Part shown: piece after piece, positions 30,437-40,700 of the stretch
Numbering within the stretch: the first letter of the stretch is position 1
Layout: every line of letters begins with the position of its first letter
Source of the DNA: Gemmatimonadota bacterium
GTDB taxonomy: Bacteria; JAAXHH01
Length of the DNA: 64,000 nucleotides
Assembly (NCBI GenBank): GCA_009835325.1
Contig: VXWP01000117.1
Location: forward strand, 33,111-97,110
Direction: 5' to 3'
Program-made: the position numbers and the translations under genes
The notes under the pieces: generated by a model
What the model saw: the letters and a program-made list of their open reading frames with translations, nothing else
What the model was told of the DNA's origin: nothing
Databases searched by the model: none

Positions 30437-31644
30437 CAGCGATCTCCAGCAATCTTCTGGCACAGCTTAGCAGCATTCAGACCCGGGCTTTGACCGTCGG
30501 CGTCATCCTGGTGCTGGGCGGATTGCTTTACGCCTTCGCCACGGGCGCGATGTCCGGTTTCTACCAGGCCTACCTGGTGGGCTACATGATCTGCGCGGGC
30601 ATTGCCCTGGTATGCATGGCCTTCACCATGCTGCACCACCTCATCGGCGGCCGCTGGGGATTCGTCATCCAGCGCCTGCTCGAAGCCGGCATGAGCACAC
30701 TGCCCGTACTGCTCGTCCTCTTCATACCCATCGTGATGGGCATGCACGACCTGTACCACTGGACGCACGCGGAAGTGGTGGCCGTCGACCCGATTCTGCA
30801 GCACAAGGAATCCTATCTCAACGTGCCCTTCTTCATCGCCCGGACCGTCTTCTACTTCGCCATCTGGATCGCCGCCTCGTTCCTGCTGATCAGGTGGTCC
30901 ACGTCCCAGGATGCGTCGGGAGATCCCGGGCTGACGGACAAGATGCGCAACGTATGCGGACCCGGCGTCGTGGTGTTCGCCCTGACCATGACCTTCGCGT
31001 CCTTCGACTGGATCATGTCCACCGACCCGCACTGGTTCTCGACGCTCTACGGGGTCATGATGATCGTGAACGCCGGCGGTGCGACCCTTTCGTTTATCAT
31101 CATCATGATGACCTGGCTCCGGAAACACGAGCCCATCTCAAAACTCGCCGACGCGGACCGGTTCCACGACTGGGGCAAGCTCCTGCTGGCCTTTACGCTG
31201 CTCTGGTTCTACATGATGCTGTCCCAGTTTCTGATCATCTGGGCGGCGAACCTGCCGGAAGAGAACCCCTGGTACGTGCATCGCGTCCACGGCGGCTGGG
31301 AAGTCCTGTCCGTCGTCCTGGTCCTCTGCCGGTTCGTCATCGCCTTCTTCCTGCTCCTGTCCATACCACGGAAGCGGGACCCGAGGAGGCTGGTACGCGT
31401 GGCCTGGTTCATCCTGGTCATGCACCTGGTCGACATCTTCTGGCACGTGGCGCCGAATTTCCGCCTCGACGGGTTCAGTGTCAGCGTAATGGACGTGATG
31501 GTTCCGGTCGGACTGTTCGGCATCTGGTTTTTCTTTGTCCTGAACCGGCTGAAGCGGTTCCCGTTGATCCCGCAGAAGGATCCCCGGTTCGAGGAACTCG
31601 TGGCTTCGGTCTCGAAGGCACCGGTCTCGAAGGCAAAGGCCTAG
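30433..31644 (+). CDS. actF: Alternative Complex III subunit ActF (second NrfD-like membrane subunit)
   Basis: True start is ATG 30433 (MTAISSNLLAQ...). The track ORF is over-extended. Polytopic membrane protein. Confidence 0.8.
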   Translation: MTAISSNLLAQLSSIQTRALTVGVILVLGGLLYAFATGAMSGFYQAYLVGYMICAGIALVCMAFTMLHHLIGGRWGFVIQRLLEAGMSTLPVLLVLFIPIVMGMHDLYHWTHAEVVAVDPILQHKESYLNVPFFIARTVFYFAIWIAASFLLIRWSTSQDASGDPGLTDKMRNVCGPGVVVFALTMTFASFDWIMSTDPHWFSTLYGVMMIVNAGGATLSFIIIMMTWLRKHEPISKLADADRFHDWGKLLLAFTLLWFYMMLSQFLIIWAANLPEENPWYVHRVHGGWEVLSVVLVLCRFVIAFFLLLSIPRKRDPRRLVRVAWFILVMHLVDIFWHVAPNFRLDGFSVSVMDVMVPVGLFGIWFFFVLNRLKRFPLIPQKDPRFEELVASVSKAPVSKAKA

Positions 31645-31668
31645 GAACGTGTATTATAAGAGGACGGC

Positions 31669-32109
31669 ATGAATCACGGCGAAAACCATAACACCGTTGA
31701 CCAGGCCTCGGTAGAACGGGGACACGAAGTATTCGAGACCAACGTGCCCCTGGTCATCAAGTTCGGCATCGGGCTGACGGCACTGGCCATCATCTCCATG
31801 GTACTGATGTGGCTGATGTTCGTGGTGATCGAAGACTACAACGCGATGACGTTCGACGCGCCGGCGCCTCTGATCGAAGCGGACGCGCTACCGCCCGAAC
31901 CGCGGCTCCAGGTCATCCCCGAGGAAGACCTGATTGCCCTCCAGGAGGCGGAAGCGAAGAAGCTGAATAATTACGGGTGGGTGATCCGCACGGCGGAAAT
32001 CGTCCAGATTCCCATCGAGCGGGCCATGCACCTGATCGCGACCGACGACCGGTACAGGCTGCCCTCGGCGGTGGATGCGGGGGTAGAACAGACCGGGGAA
32101 GGACCGTAG
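31669..32109 (+). CDS. small single-TM protein, possible ACIII subunit ActG
   Basis: AGAGGA SD. One TM helix. Lies between actF and sco1. The assignment rests on position only. Confidence 0.4.
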   Translation: MNHGENHNTVDQASVERGHEVFETNVPLVIKFGIGLTALAIISMVLMWLMFVVIEDYNAMTFDAPAPLIEADALPPEPRLQVIPEEDLIALQEAEAKKLNNYGWVIRTAEIVQIPIERAMHLIATDDRYRLPSAVDAGVEQTGEGP

Positions 32110-32110
32110 G

Positions 32111-33025
32111 ATGATGGCAAGCAAACCATACAGATACGCCGCAGTTGCCGCGGGGCTCATCGCGATCGCGGTCCTGATCGCGGCTCCCGGCGGCATGCAT
32201 GGACAGGAAGGCGAGCGCGGTCCGGCGGTCATGAAGGATATCGGCACGGGACCCGGCCTGGACGCGAGCGCCACGCCCGAGATCCTGAAACACGTGGGCA
32301 TCGAACAGAGAATCGGCGTCTCCCTGCCCCTGGATCTCGAGTTCAACGATGAGTCGGGCGCGCCGGTAAGCCTGGGCAGCTACTTCGGCGACAAGCCGGT
32401 CATCCTGACGCTGGTCTACTACGATTGCCCCATGCTGTGCACGGAGGTGCTCAACGGGCTCAACCGCAGCCTGGCCCCCCTGAAATACAGTATCGGGGAG
32501 GAATTCAAGGTCGTGACCGTCAGCTTCGACCCCCGGGAATCCCCGACGCTCGCGTCGCAGAAGAAGGCGGTCTACACGCAACGCTACGGGCGGCCCGGTA
32601 CCGGGGAAGGCTGGCATTTCCTCACGGGCGAAGCGCCGGCAATCGACGCGCTGACCGAATCCGTCGGCTTCAATTACGTCTACGACGAAACGGAAGGGCA
32701 GTTCGTCCACGGCAGCGCCATCATGATCATCAGTCCGAAGGGCACGGTATCGCACTACTTCTTCGGGATCGAGTACCCGTCGGAGGACATCCGGCTGGCC
32801 ATCATCGAATCTTCCGAAGAAAAACTGGGCAACGTGTTCGACCAGATCATGCTGTACTGTTTCAACTACGATCCCGAGCAGGGCCGGTACGGCGTAGCCA
32901 TCATGAACGCGATGCGCCTCGCGGGGCTGGTCACGCTGCTGGCCATGGGTTCCTTCATGGTCGTCATGTTCAAGCGGGACCGCCGGCGGCGGCGGGAACG
33001 GATCGAACGCGGAGAAGATGCGTAA
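32111..33025 (+). CDS. SCO1/SenC family copper chaperone (thioredoxin fold)
   Basis: CPMLCT CxxxC motif. Signal/TM N-terminus. Lies directly upstream of coxB. Confidence 0.85.
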   Translation: MMASKPYRYAAVAAGLIAIAVLIAAPGGMHGQEGERGPAVMKDIGTGPGLDASATPEILKHVGIEQRIGVSLPLDLEFNDESGAPVSLGSYFGDKPVILTLVYYDCPMLCTEVLNGLNRSLAPLKYSIGEEFKVVTVSFDPRESPTLASQKKAVYTQRYGRPGTGEGWHFLTGEAPAIDALTESVGFNYVYDETEGQFVHGSAIMIISPKGTVSHYFFGIEYPSEDIRLAIIESSEEKLGNVFDQIMLYCFNYDPEQGRYGVAIMNAMRLAGLVTLLAMGSFMVVMFKRDRRRRRERIERGEDA

Positions 33026-33049
33026 CCGACATAACCGTAAAGTGAGCGT

Positions 33050-33997
33050 ATGAACAACCAATTCCAACTGCATCCCGAGATCGCATCAACCTTTGCCTTC
33101 GACGTCGATCTGCTGTATTTTTTCGTAGTGGCCGTCAGCATATTCTTCATGGCCCTGATCTGCGTGCTGATCTTTCTTTTCGCCATGAAGTACCGGCGCC
33201 GCACCGAGGACCAGCAGGCGGAAACGCAGACCCACGGCCACCTGGGCCTCGAAATCACGTGGTCCGCCATTCCGCTCGTCCTCATGCTGATCATGTTCGC
33301 CTGGGGCGTCTGGCTCTTCTTCCGGGTGTACCAGATCCCGGACGGCGCCATGGAGTACTACGTGGTCGGCAAGCAGTGGATGTGGCACGTACAGCATCCC
33401 ACGGGCCAGCGGGAAATCAACGAAATGCACGTGCCGATCAACACGCCGGTGAAGCTGACCATGGCGTCCGAGGACGTCATACACAGCTTCTTCATCCCGG
33501 CGTTCCGGGTGAAGAACGACGTGATCCCCGGACGGTACACTTCGTTGACCTTCGAGGCGACCAAGCCCGGCAAGTACCACCTTTTCTGCGCCGAATACTG
33601 CGGCACCGAACACTCTTTGATGATCGGAAGCGTTTACGCCATGGAACCGGAAGACTACCAGGACTGGCTGGGCGGCGGCGTGTCCGACGAGACGCCCGAG
33701 GAGGCCGGGGCGCGGCTCTTCTCGCAGCTCAACTGCGATACGTGCCACAGCGACCAGGCCGCGGCCCGCGGGCCGTCCCTGAACGGCAAATTCGGCACGG
33801 AGGAAGTCCTTGCCAGCGGTGAACGCATCCTGATCGACGAAGCCTATATCCGGGAATCCATCGTCAATCCCAGGATCCGGATGGTGGCAGGCTATCCGTC
33901 GATCATGCCGACCTACCAGGGTCAGATTACGGAGACCAACATCTTCAATCTGATTTCCTATATCAAATCGCTGCCGAGTACGGAGGGCGCCCAATGA
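33050..33997 (+). CDS. coxB: cytochrome c oxidase subunit II with C-terminal cytochrome c domain (caa3-type)
   Basis: CuA motif H...[13 protein letters not shown]-terminal CDTCHS heme-c motif. Two N-terminal TM helices. Confidence 0.9.
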   Translation: MNNQFQLHPEIASTFAFDVDLLYFFVVAVSIFFMALICVLIFLFAMKYRRRTEDQQAETQTHGHLGLEITWSAIPLVLMLIMFAWGVWLFFRVYQIPDGAMEYYVVGKQWMWHVQHPTGQREINEMHVPINTPVKLTMASEDVIHSFFIPAFRVKNDVIPGRYTSLTFEATKPGKYHLFCAEYCGTEHSLMIGSVYAMEPEDYQDWLGGGVSDETPEEAGARLFSQLNCDTCHSDQAAARGPSLNGKFGTEEVLASGERILIDEAYIRESIVNPRIRMVAGYPSIMPTYQGQITETNIFNLISYIKSLPSTEGAQ

Positions 33998-35667
33998 GCA
34001 CGATAGCCCAGCAGGGGGCTGCCGAACACCGGATGCCCCGCGACCACTTCCTGAACGCGGCCTACACGATCAAGTCCTGGCTGCTGACGATGGACCACAA
34101 GCGCGTGGGACTGCTTTACCTCATCTCGATCACCTTCTTCTTCCTGATCGGGGGGACCTTCGCCAGCCTGATCCGCCTGGAACTGGCAACGCCCGAAGCG
34201 GACCTGATGGAAGCGGACCAGTACAACGTGGCCTTCTCCATGCACGGCATTGTGATGATCTTCTTCTTCCTGATCCCGTCGATCCCCGCCGTATTCGGGA
34301 ATTTCATCATGCCGCTCATGATCGGGGCGAAGGACGTGGCCTTCCCGAAACTGAACCTGATGAGCTGGTATCTCTTCATCTTCGGCGGCACCTTCGGCGT
34401 GCTGACGACCCTGCTGGGCGGCGTGGATACCGGATGGACCTTCTACACGCCCTTCAGCAGCACCTATTCCAACAGCAACGTGATCCTGGCGGGCATGGCG
34501 GCCTTCATCGCCGGATTCTCCTCCATCCTGACCGGGCTGAACTTCATGGTGACCATCCACAAGATGCGGGCGCCGGGCATTACCTGGTTCAAGATGCCCC
34601 TCTTCGTCTGGGGCATGTACGCCACGAGCCTCATCATGGTACTCGGCACGCCGGTCATTGCCATCACGCTGGCCCTGATGATGGTCGAGCGCGGGCTGCA
34701 CATCGGCATCTTCGATCCCGCCCTGGGCGGCGACCCGGTCCTGTTCCAGCACCTGTTCTGGTTCTACTCCCATCCGGCCGTGTACATCATGATCCTGCCC
34801 GGCATGGGGGTCATTTCCGAGGTCATCGCCGCCTTCAGCCGCAAGCGGATCTTCGGCTACGAATTCATCGCCATGTCCAGCGTTTCGATCGCGGTCCTCG
34901 GCTTCTTCGTCTGGGGCCACCACCTCTTCGTGAGCGGGCAGTCGATCTACGCCGGCATGGTCTTCTCCTTCATCACCATGCTCGTGGCGGTGCCCTCGGC
35001 GATCAAGGTATTCAACTGGATGGCGACCATCTACAGGGGATCGGTGTCCTACGACGCGCCCATGCTCTACGCCCTGGGCTTCATCGGCCTCTTTTCCGTG
35101 GGCGGTCTCACCGGGGTGTTCCTGGCCATAATGGGGCTGGACATCCACATGCACGACACGTATTTCGTGGTGGCCCATTTCCACTACGTCATGGTGGGCG
35201 GCGCGGTGACGGCCTTCATGGCGGCGCTGCACTTCTGGTGGCCCAAGATCTCCGGCCGCATGTATCCGGAAGGCTGGTCGCGCCTGGCCGCCTTCCTGAT
35301 CTTCGCCGGGTTCAACCTGACCTTCTTCCCGCAGTTCATCGTCGGGTACCTCGGCATGCCACGGCGGTATCACGTCTATCCGGAAGAATGGCAACTGCTC
35401 AACATCATGTCGTCCGCCGGCGCCACCATCCTGGCTGCGGCCTTCATCGTCCCGGCGATTTACCTGGCCTGGTCGCTGAAGAACGGCAAGATCTCCGGAC
35501 CCAACCCCTGGCGGGCCACGGGACTGGAGTGGATCCTGTCGTCGCCGCCGCCGGAACACAACTTCCCGACCACGCCGATCGTGGAGGAGGAGCCGTACGA
35601 CTACGGCGAGGTGATCGAGAACCCGGTGCACGAGGAAGAGCACGAGAAAGAACGCGAACACGCGTAG
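33994..35667 (+). CDS. coxA: cytochrome c oxidase subunit I
   Basis: Highly conserved heme-copper oxidase subunit I sequence ([17 protein letters not shown]..., HHMF-type region). Confidence 0.95.
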   Translation: MSTIAQQGAAEHRMPRDHFLNAAYTIKSWLLTMDHKRVGLLYLISITFFFLIGGTFASLIRLELATPEADLMEADQYNVAFSMHGIVMIFFFLIPSIPAVFGNFIMPLMIGAKDVAFPKLNLMSWYLFIFGGTFGVLTTLLGGVDTGWTFYTPFSSTYSNSNVILAGMAAFIAGFSSILTGLNFMVTIHKMRAPGITWFKMPLFVWGMYATSLIMVLGTPVIAITLALMMVERGLHIGIFDPALGGDPVLFQHLFWFYSHPAVYIMILPGMGVISEVIAAFSRKRIFGYEFIAMSSVSIAVLGFFVWGHHLFVSGQSIYAGMVFSFITMLVAVPSAIKVFNWMATIYRGSVSYDAPMLYALGFIGLFSVGGLTGVFLAIMGLDIHMHDTYFVVAHFHYVMVGGAVTAFMAALHFWWPKISGRMYPEGWSRLAAFLIFAGFNLTFFPQFIVGYLGMPRRYHVYPEEWQLLNIMSSAGATILAAAFIVPAIYLAWSLKNGKISGPNPWRATGLEWILSSPPPEHNFPTTPIVEEEPYDYGEVIENPVHEEEHEKEREHA

Positions 35668-35680
35668 AAGGAGCACGATC

Positions 35681-36376
35681 TTGTCAGTCAGTACTGAAGC
35701 GGCCGCACACGGCCACGATGAACACGCCGCGCATCCGGAATACATGCGTCATCAGTTCGACGACATGGACCAGCAGAACGATGCCGCGAGCCTGGGGATG
35801 TGGCTGTTCCTGCTGACGGAAGTCATGTTCTTCGGCGGGTTCTTTCTGGGATATTCGATCTACCGGAGCGAGTACTACGATTCCTTCGTTATCGGAAGCC
35901 AGAATCTCGACGTCTTCTTGGGCGGCCTGAACACCGTCGCCCTGATCACCAGCAGCGTCACCATGGCCTTCGCCGTCCGGGCGGCCCAGCTCGGCAAGAA
36001 GAACCACATCCTGATCTTCCTGGTGCTGACCCTGGTACTCGGCCTCGTGTTCATGGTGAACAAGTACATCGAGTACTCCCACAAGCTGCACGACGGCCTG
36101 ATTCCCGGATACAATTTCCTGTGGACCGCTGCGGGCGACGGGCAGACCATCCAGTTGTTTTACGGCTTCTACTTCTGCATGACCGGGACGCACGGCCTGC
36201 ACGTCCTCATCGGACTCGTGCTCATCGTCTGGCTGCTGATCCGCGTCTGGCAGGACAAGTTCACCACCGAGTACTACGCGCCGATCGAGAACTTCGGCCT
36301 GTACTGGCACTTCGTCGACCTGGTCTGGATCTTCCTCTTCCCGCTGCTGTACCTCATCGGCGGACTGGCCGTATAG
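35681..36376 (+). CDS. coxC: cytochrome c oxidase subunit III
   Basis: Conserved subunit III sequence and TM pattern. Confidence 0.9.
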   Translation: MSVSTEAAAHGHDEHAAHPEYMRHQFDDMDQQNDAASLGMWLFLLTEVMFFGGFFLGYSIYRSEYYDSFVIGSQNLDVFLGGLNTVALITSSVTMAFAVRAAQLGKKNHILIFLVLTLVLGLVFMVNKYIEYSHKLHDGLIPGYNFLWTAAGDGQTIQLFYGFYFCMTGTHGLHVLIGLVLIVWLLIRVWQDKFTTEYYAPIENFGLYWHFVDLVWIFLFPLLYLIGGLAV

Positions 36377-36386
36377 GGATCATACC

Positions 36387-36761
36387 ATGACTGAACACGC
36401 AGAACACGGACATCAAGCCGAAGGTGGCCATCAAGCCGAAGGCGGACACGGGGACCACCACGGCCCCCACATCGCGACCACGGCCAACTACCTGACCATC
36501 TTCACGGCGCTGCTGGTCCTCACCGCCGTGACCGTGTGGGCGGCCACCATGGAATTGGGCTTTCTCAACACGCCTGTGGCCATGTTCATCGCCAGCGTAA
36601 AGGCCATCCTGGTGATCCTGTACTTCATGCACCTGAAGTTCAGCCCCGGCCAGACCAAGCTCGCCGCCGCCGCAGCCATCTTCTGGCTGCTCATTCTCCT
36701 CATCATCACCTTCTTCGACTACATAGGCCGCACCTGGCAGGACAATCCCGCGGGCTGGTAA
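36387..36761 (+). CDS. cytochrome c oxidase subunit IV (bacterial caa3-type small subunit) with His-rich N-terminus
   Basis: Three TM helices. Position after coxC. N-terminal HGHQAEGGHQAEGGHGDHHGPH. Confidence 0.7.
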   Translation: MTEHAEHGHQAEGGHQAEGGHGDHHGPHIATTANYLTIFTALLVLTAVTVWAATMELGFLNTPVAMFIASVKAILVILYFMHLKFSPGQTKLAAAAAIFWLLILLIITFFDYIGRTWQDNPAGW

Positions 36762-37114
36762 CGGGCTGGATTTTGTCCTCAGCTAAGCCGTCGGCCGTAC
36801 CGCTTGGATGGCGAATCGTCCAAACCTCCGGTTGACGTTCTGCCCTTCGACGAACCGCCTTCCAAAGTCAAATGGCCGCTACTGCCGAAGCATCGGTTGT
36901 GGCGCGGGTGCGGTTTTCTCTTCTGTCGGCGACGGATCAAGTTCCCCCTTTTTAAAAAAACCACGATATAGCCCTTTCAATTCTGACTATCCCCTTTAGG
37001 ACATCGGACGTGTATTGTGCCACGCGGAATCTGCATCATGGCCGGTACCCGTTCCAGTACCATTCGTGTACGCCGTACACCAATCGGTTCATTCAGTTGC
37101 ATAAGGAGGGGGTC

Positions 37115-37438
37115 ATGTTGAAAGGTATTTCGGATACGAACACGGAAGAACAGATATTGCGCTCAATAGATGTTCTTAAAGAAGTTGTACTATCTTCGAG
37201 AACGGACACCAAACAGCGGTTCGAACGTGTTGAAGCCGACATCACGGCATTCCGATCGGACGTCAATCAGCGGTTCGAAGGCGTCGAGTCCGACATCCAA
37301 GACATCCGTAAGGAATTGTCGGAGTTCCGAACGGACGTCAATCAGCGGTTTGAACGCGTTGAAGCCGACTTCAAGGAAGTTCGAAACGACATCAAGGAGA
37401 TCAAGGAGTCGCTGCGAGAGATGAACAGGCGCGGTTGA
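37115..37438 (+). CDS. small coiled-coil repeat protein (three R[ST]DV[NK]QRFE[RG]VE[AS]D units), unknown function
   Basis: AAGGAGGG SD 4 nt before ATG 37115. Lies in an AT-rich island. The 142-aa track ORF is over-extended upstream. Confidence 0.5.
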   Translation: MLKGISDTNTEEQILRSIDVLKEVVLSSRTDTKQRFERVEADITAFRSDVNQRFEGVESDIQDIRKELSEFRTDVNQRFERVEADFKEVRNDIKEIKESLREMNRRG

Positions 37439-37509
37439 TTGACACGGAGGGGAGGTTTTGCAGGCGAGATCATCAAACCTGCGCACAGTTCGCACAATAG
37501 GAGTACGTC

Positions 37510-37701
37510 ATGTGGGAAAACCCAGTCACATACGCAGTACTATTAGGCGCGATGGGTAGTCTTGTCAGCATTGGGGTATGGATCGGCAGAGTAAATTCGT
37601 TCAAAGCTTCAGTTGAAAACACGCTTGCGGAGATCAAAGAATCCATCAAAGGCATTCAGGATTCCATCGAGAAGATCCTGCTCCGACTACCGCCGGATTG
37701 A
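37510..37701 (+). CDS. small protein with an N-terminal TM helix and C-terminal coiled coil, unknown function
   Basis: AGGAG SD 6 nt before the ATG. Same AT-rich island. Confidence 0.45.
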   Translation: MWENPVTYAVLLGAMGSLVSIGVWIGRVNSFKASVENTLAEIKESIKGIQDSIEKILLRLPPD

Positions 37702-37750
37702 AGCGGAATTGCACGGGTAATGTGAATCGTAAACAGCTTGCGAGCCGGAG

Positions 37751-39052
37751 CTAGATATACCTTACCCATCCTTTGGGACGGCGGGCTTTGAATCGGCGGA
37801 ACCACAGGCACACCGGATAGAGCAGGATCAGCACCCCCAGGGCGGCCAGGTAGGCGGCGCCCAGACCCTGTTGCATGAACATGCCCAGAGCCAGCCCGCT
37901 GAAGATCAGGATGTGCATATGAATCAGGTAGAAGAAGAAGGCGGTCTGGCCGAACACCAGCAGGGGATTCCGGTTTCGGATCGGATTTTTCAAATTGCGC
38001 TGGTACCGGAAGAAACCGGACAGGATCAGGGCCATCAGACCCAGCTCCAGCAGTGCGAAGGTCAGGCTTGGCGGGTATTTACTGACATAGAGCCACTGCA
38101 CCAGGGAAAAGTCCTCACGCAGGAGCAGCATGTTGCCATATCCGTTCCAGGCGCGGAACAGCACGAACAGTCCCAGTGCCAGAAGCCCCGCGATGACCAG
38201 CAGGCGCTCAATCGGCATCGGGGACCGTGGCGCGCCGGCGGACGCTCCGATGGTCGACCCACTTGAAACATCGGACGACGGCGTCGGTGCGATCGATTGC
38301 TGTACCAGGTAACGCCCCAGCAACCAGCCCAGGATCATCATCCCCAGCCAGGGCACGAAGGGATACTGCACCCACAGGGGTATGGGGCCGATCTTGACGA
38401 GCAGCCCCGGATGAAAAAACGGGTTGAAAACGCTCATCCAGCCCAGGTTGCGGACCTGGGCAGCCGCCTCGTTCATCGCTTCCTGATCGAATTCCCCGTC
38501 CGGCATCGGCATCTTCGTCACCTCGCGAATCATGTCGGCCGAAATGCCGCCCAGGTGCATGATGCCCCAGAACACGGCTTCGTGACGGAACAGGATCGAA
38601 AGGGCGGCGATCAGCAGCGTGCGGGTGGACAGGCGCCGCAGGGGGATCATGCAGATCAGGCCCATGGCGATGGCGAACAGGACCTGGAGACTGAACGGAG
38701 ACCACCACAGCAGTTCGAAGGCAAGGATGACGAGCGCCCGCTTGAACAGGTGCCGATCCAGGTCGCGGTCACGCGCGCCGGCAAGACGGCGCCGCTCGAA
38801 ACTCAGCGCCAGCGCGGTCCCGGCCAGGAAGACGAAGGTCGGCGCGCACAGGTGGGTGATCCAGCGTGTGAAGAACTGGGCGGCGGGGAGCGCGGTTCCC
38901 GCCTCATGGGCGTACCACGAATCGTCGGCGAGCCGGCCACCGTTAAACGCCAGGCTGGCGTGGTCGATGGCCATCAGGACCATGACGAGGCCGCGCATCC
39001 AGTCGATCGCCGCCATGCGGTTGGCGTCTGTGATCGGCCGCGTTCCAGCCAT
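37751..39052 (-). CDS. polytopic membrane acyltransferase-3-like protein (HGSNAT/DUF1624-like)
   Basis: About 10 TM segments. N-terminal motif MAAIDWMRGLVMVLMAIDHA is typical of this family. Confidence 0.6.
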   Translation of the reverse strand: MAGTRPITDANRMAAIDWMRGLVMVLMAIDHASLAFNGGRLADDSWYAHEAGTALPAAQFFTRWITHLCAPTFVFLAGTALALSFERRRLAGARDRDLDRHLFKRALVILAFELLWWSPFSLQVLFAIAMGLICMIPLRRLSTRTLLIAALSILFRHEAVFWGIMHLGGISADMIREVTKMPMPDGEFDQEAMNEAAAQVRNLGWMSVFNPFFHPGLLVKIGPIPLWVQYPFVPWLGMMILGWLLGRYLVQQSIAPTPSSDVSSGSTIGASAGAPRSPMPIERLLVIAGLLALGLFVLFRAWNGYGNMLLLREDFSLVQWLYVSKYPPSLTFALLELGLMALILSGFFRYQRNLKNPIRNRNPLLVFGQTAFFFYLIHMHILIFSGLALGMFMQQGLGAAYLAALGVLILLYPVCLWFRRFKARRPKGWVRYI

Positions 39053-39106
39053 CCCCGCATCTTGGACTGTTCGGTTGTTCGAGATTTCCTGACTCCCAGA
39101 TCGATT

Positions 39107-39119
39107 TTAGTGTAAATTA
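39107..39119. promoter_or_regulatory. inverted repeat GTGTAA-a-TTACAC immediately upstream of the hdc start
   Basis: Perfect 6-bp arms with a 1-bp spacer, 7 nt before ATG 39126 in the divergent promoter region. Confidence 0.3.
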
Positions 39120-39125
39120 CACGTT

Positions 39126-40271
39126 ATGACCACGAGACCTGCATACCCTGACCCGGTTGCCGATACAGCCGTGCTCGACGAGTGTAGCACGGCAAGGCTG
39201 GATGCGCTCTACGAGCGACTGACCTCCCTCAGGAAGGTATCCATCGGCTATCCGTGCAATCACCGGTTCGATTTCGCCCCGCTCTACCGCTTCATGGAGT
39301 TTGCCGTCAACAATCTGGGCGATCCGTTTTCGGGCAGCAACTTCCGCATGAACACCCACGACTTCGAACGCGAGGTGATCATGACCTTTGCCCGCCTGAC
39401 GGGGATCGACAGCGAAGACTGCTGGGGTTACGTAACTAACGGCGGGACGGAGGGGAACATGTACGGCCTCTATCTCGCCCGGGAAATCCATCCGGACGGC
39501 ATCGTCTATTTCTCCGAGGATACGCATTACAGCGTCAGCAAGATACTCAGGCTGCAACATACGCGCAATATTATGATTCGAAGCGGTCATACCGGTGAAA
39601 TGGACTACCGGGACCTGGAGGAGAGCATCCGGATCCACCGCGATGTGCCGCCCATCGTGTTCGCCAATGCCGGTACGACGATGACGGGCGCCATCGACCG
39701 GCTGGACCGCATACGGGAGGTCCTTGAAAGACAATGCACGCCGAACGCGTACATTCATGTCGACGCGGCCTTTTCGGGCATGATCCTGCCCTTCGTGGAC
39801 GATCCGCCGCCCTGGCACTTCGGCGATGGCGCCGACAGCATTTCCATTTCGGGACACAAGATGATCGGATCTCCCCTGCCGTGCGGCGTGGCCATGGTAC
39901 GGAAGACGCACATGGAACGTATTTCCCGTTCGGTCGAATATGTGGGCGCGCTCGATACCACCATAAGCGGATCCAGAAACGCGATTACACCCCTGATGCT
40001 CTGGTATGCCCTGCGCCTGCACGGCGACGACGGGTTTCGAGACCTGGTCGGCGAGTCCGTGCGAAAAGCGGCCTATGCGGAGAAGGCGCTGAACGAGATC
40101 GGCGTGAAGGCCTGGCGTAATCCCTACTCGGTCACGGTCGTCTTTCCCCGGCCGCCGAAAGCTATCATGGACAAATGGGTGCTAGCCGGTTCCGGCGACA
40201 TAGCGCACCTCATTGCCTTGCCAGGCGTTACCTGGGAAACGCTTGAGGAATTCATTGACGATATGCAGTGA
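39126..40271 (+). CDS. hdc: pyridoxal-phosphate-dependent histidine decarboxylase (Gram-negative HdcA type)
   Basis: Strong collinear similarity to enterobacterial/Vibrio PLP-HDC (CWGYVTNGGTEGNMYGLYLAREIHPDGIVYFSEDTHYSVSKI; PLP-Lys motif SISGHKMIGSP). ~380 aa. Confidence 0.85.
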   Translation: MTTRPAYPDPVADTAVLDECSTARLDALYERLTSLRKVSIGYPCNHRFDFAPLYRFMEFAVNNLGDPFSGSNFRMNTHDFEREVIMTFARLTGIDSEDCWGYVTNGGTEGNMYGLYLAREIHPDGIVYFSEDTHYSVSKILRLQHTRNIMIRSGHTGEMDYRDLEESIRIHRDVPPIVFANAGTTMTGAIDRLDRIREVLERQCTPNAYIHVDAAFSGMILPFVDDPPPWHFGDGADSISISGHKMIGSPLPCGVAMVRKTHMERISRSVEYVGALDTTISGSRNAITPLMLWYALRLHGDDGFRDLVGESVRKAAYAEKALNEIGVKAWRNPYSVTVVFPRPPKAIMDKWVLAGSGDIAHLIALPGVTWETLEEFIDDMQ

Positions 40272-40693
40272 GCAACCGAGAAATCCACATGAATGAAATC
40301 ATCATCCCGGTAAAAGAACCTCCCGGCACCCTGGCGGCCGTCTCCGAATCGCTCGCCCGTGCCCAGATCAACATCGAATTCATAGAGGCCCGCGTGGTGG
40401 GGGAGGGCGGCATCATCGTATTGCGCGTGGACCGCTATGACGCCGCGCTCCGGATACTGAGGGATGCGGGGTACCGCGCGGTTACCGAGGATGCCCTTGT
40501 GCTCGACCTGGAAAACCGGCCCGGTGCGCTGGCGGAGGTGGCAAGGCGCCTGGCGGACGCCAGGATCGGAATCCGCAGCCTTCGGATCGTCGAACGGGCC
40601 GGTGAACGAAGCCTGGTGGCGCTGGTCGCGGATGATCCGGACGCCGCCCGGCAATTACTCGCCGCGGAGCTTGTGGGTGGGGGCGGGACTTGA
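40268..40693 (+). CDS. ACT domain-containing protein (two ACT-like halves)
   Basis: The GTG at 40268 overlaps the hdc stop (GTGA). An alternative ATG lies at 40289. The beta-alpha-beta-beta-alpha-beta pattern is repeated twice. Confidence 0.65.
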   Translation: MSNREIHMNEIIIPVKEPPGTLAAVSESLARAQINIEFIEARVVGEGGIIVLRVDRYDAALRILRDAGYRAVTEDALVLDLENRPGALAEVARRLADARIGIRSLRIVERAGERSLVALVADDPDAARQLLAAELVGGGGT

Positions 40694-40700
40694 ATAAAGC

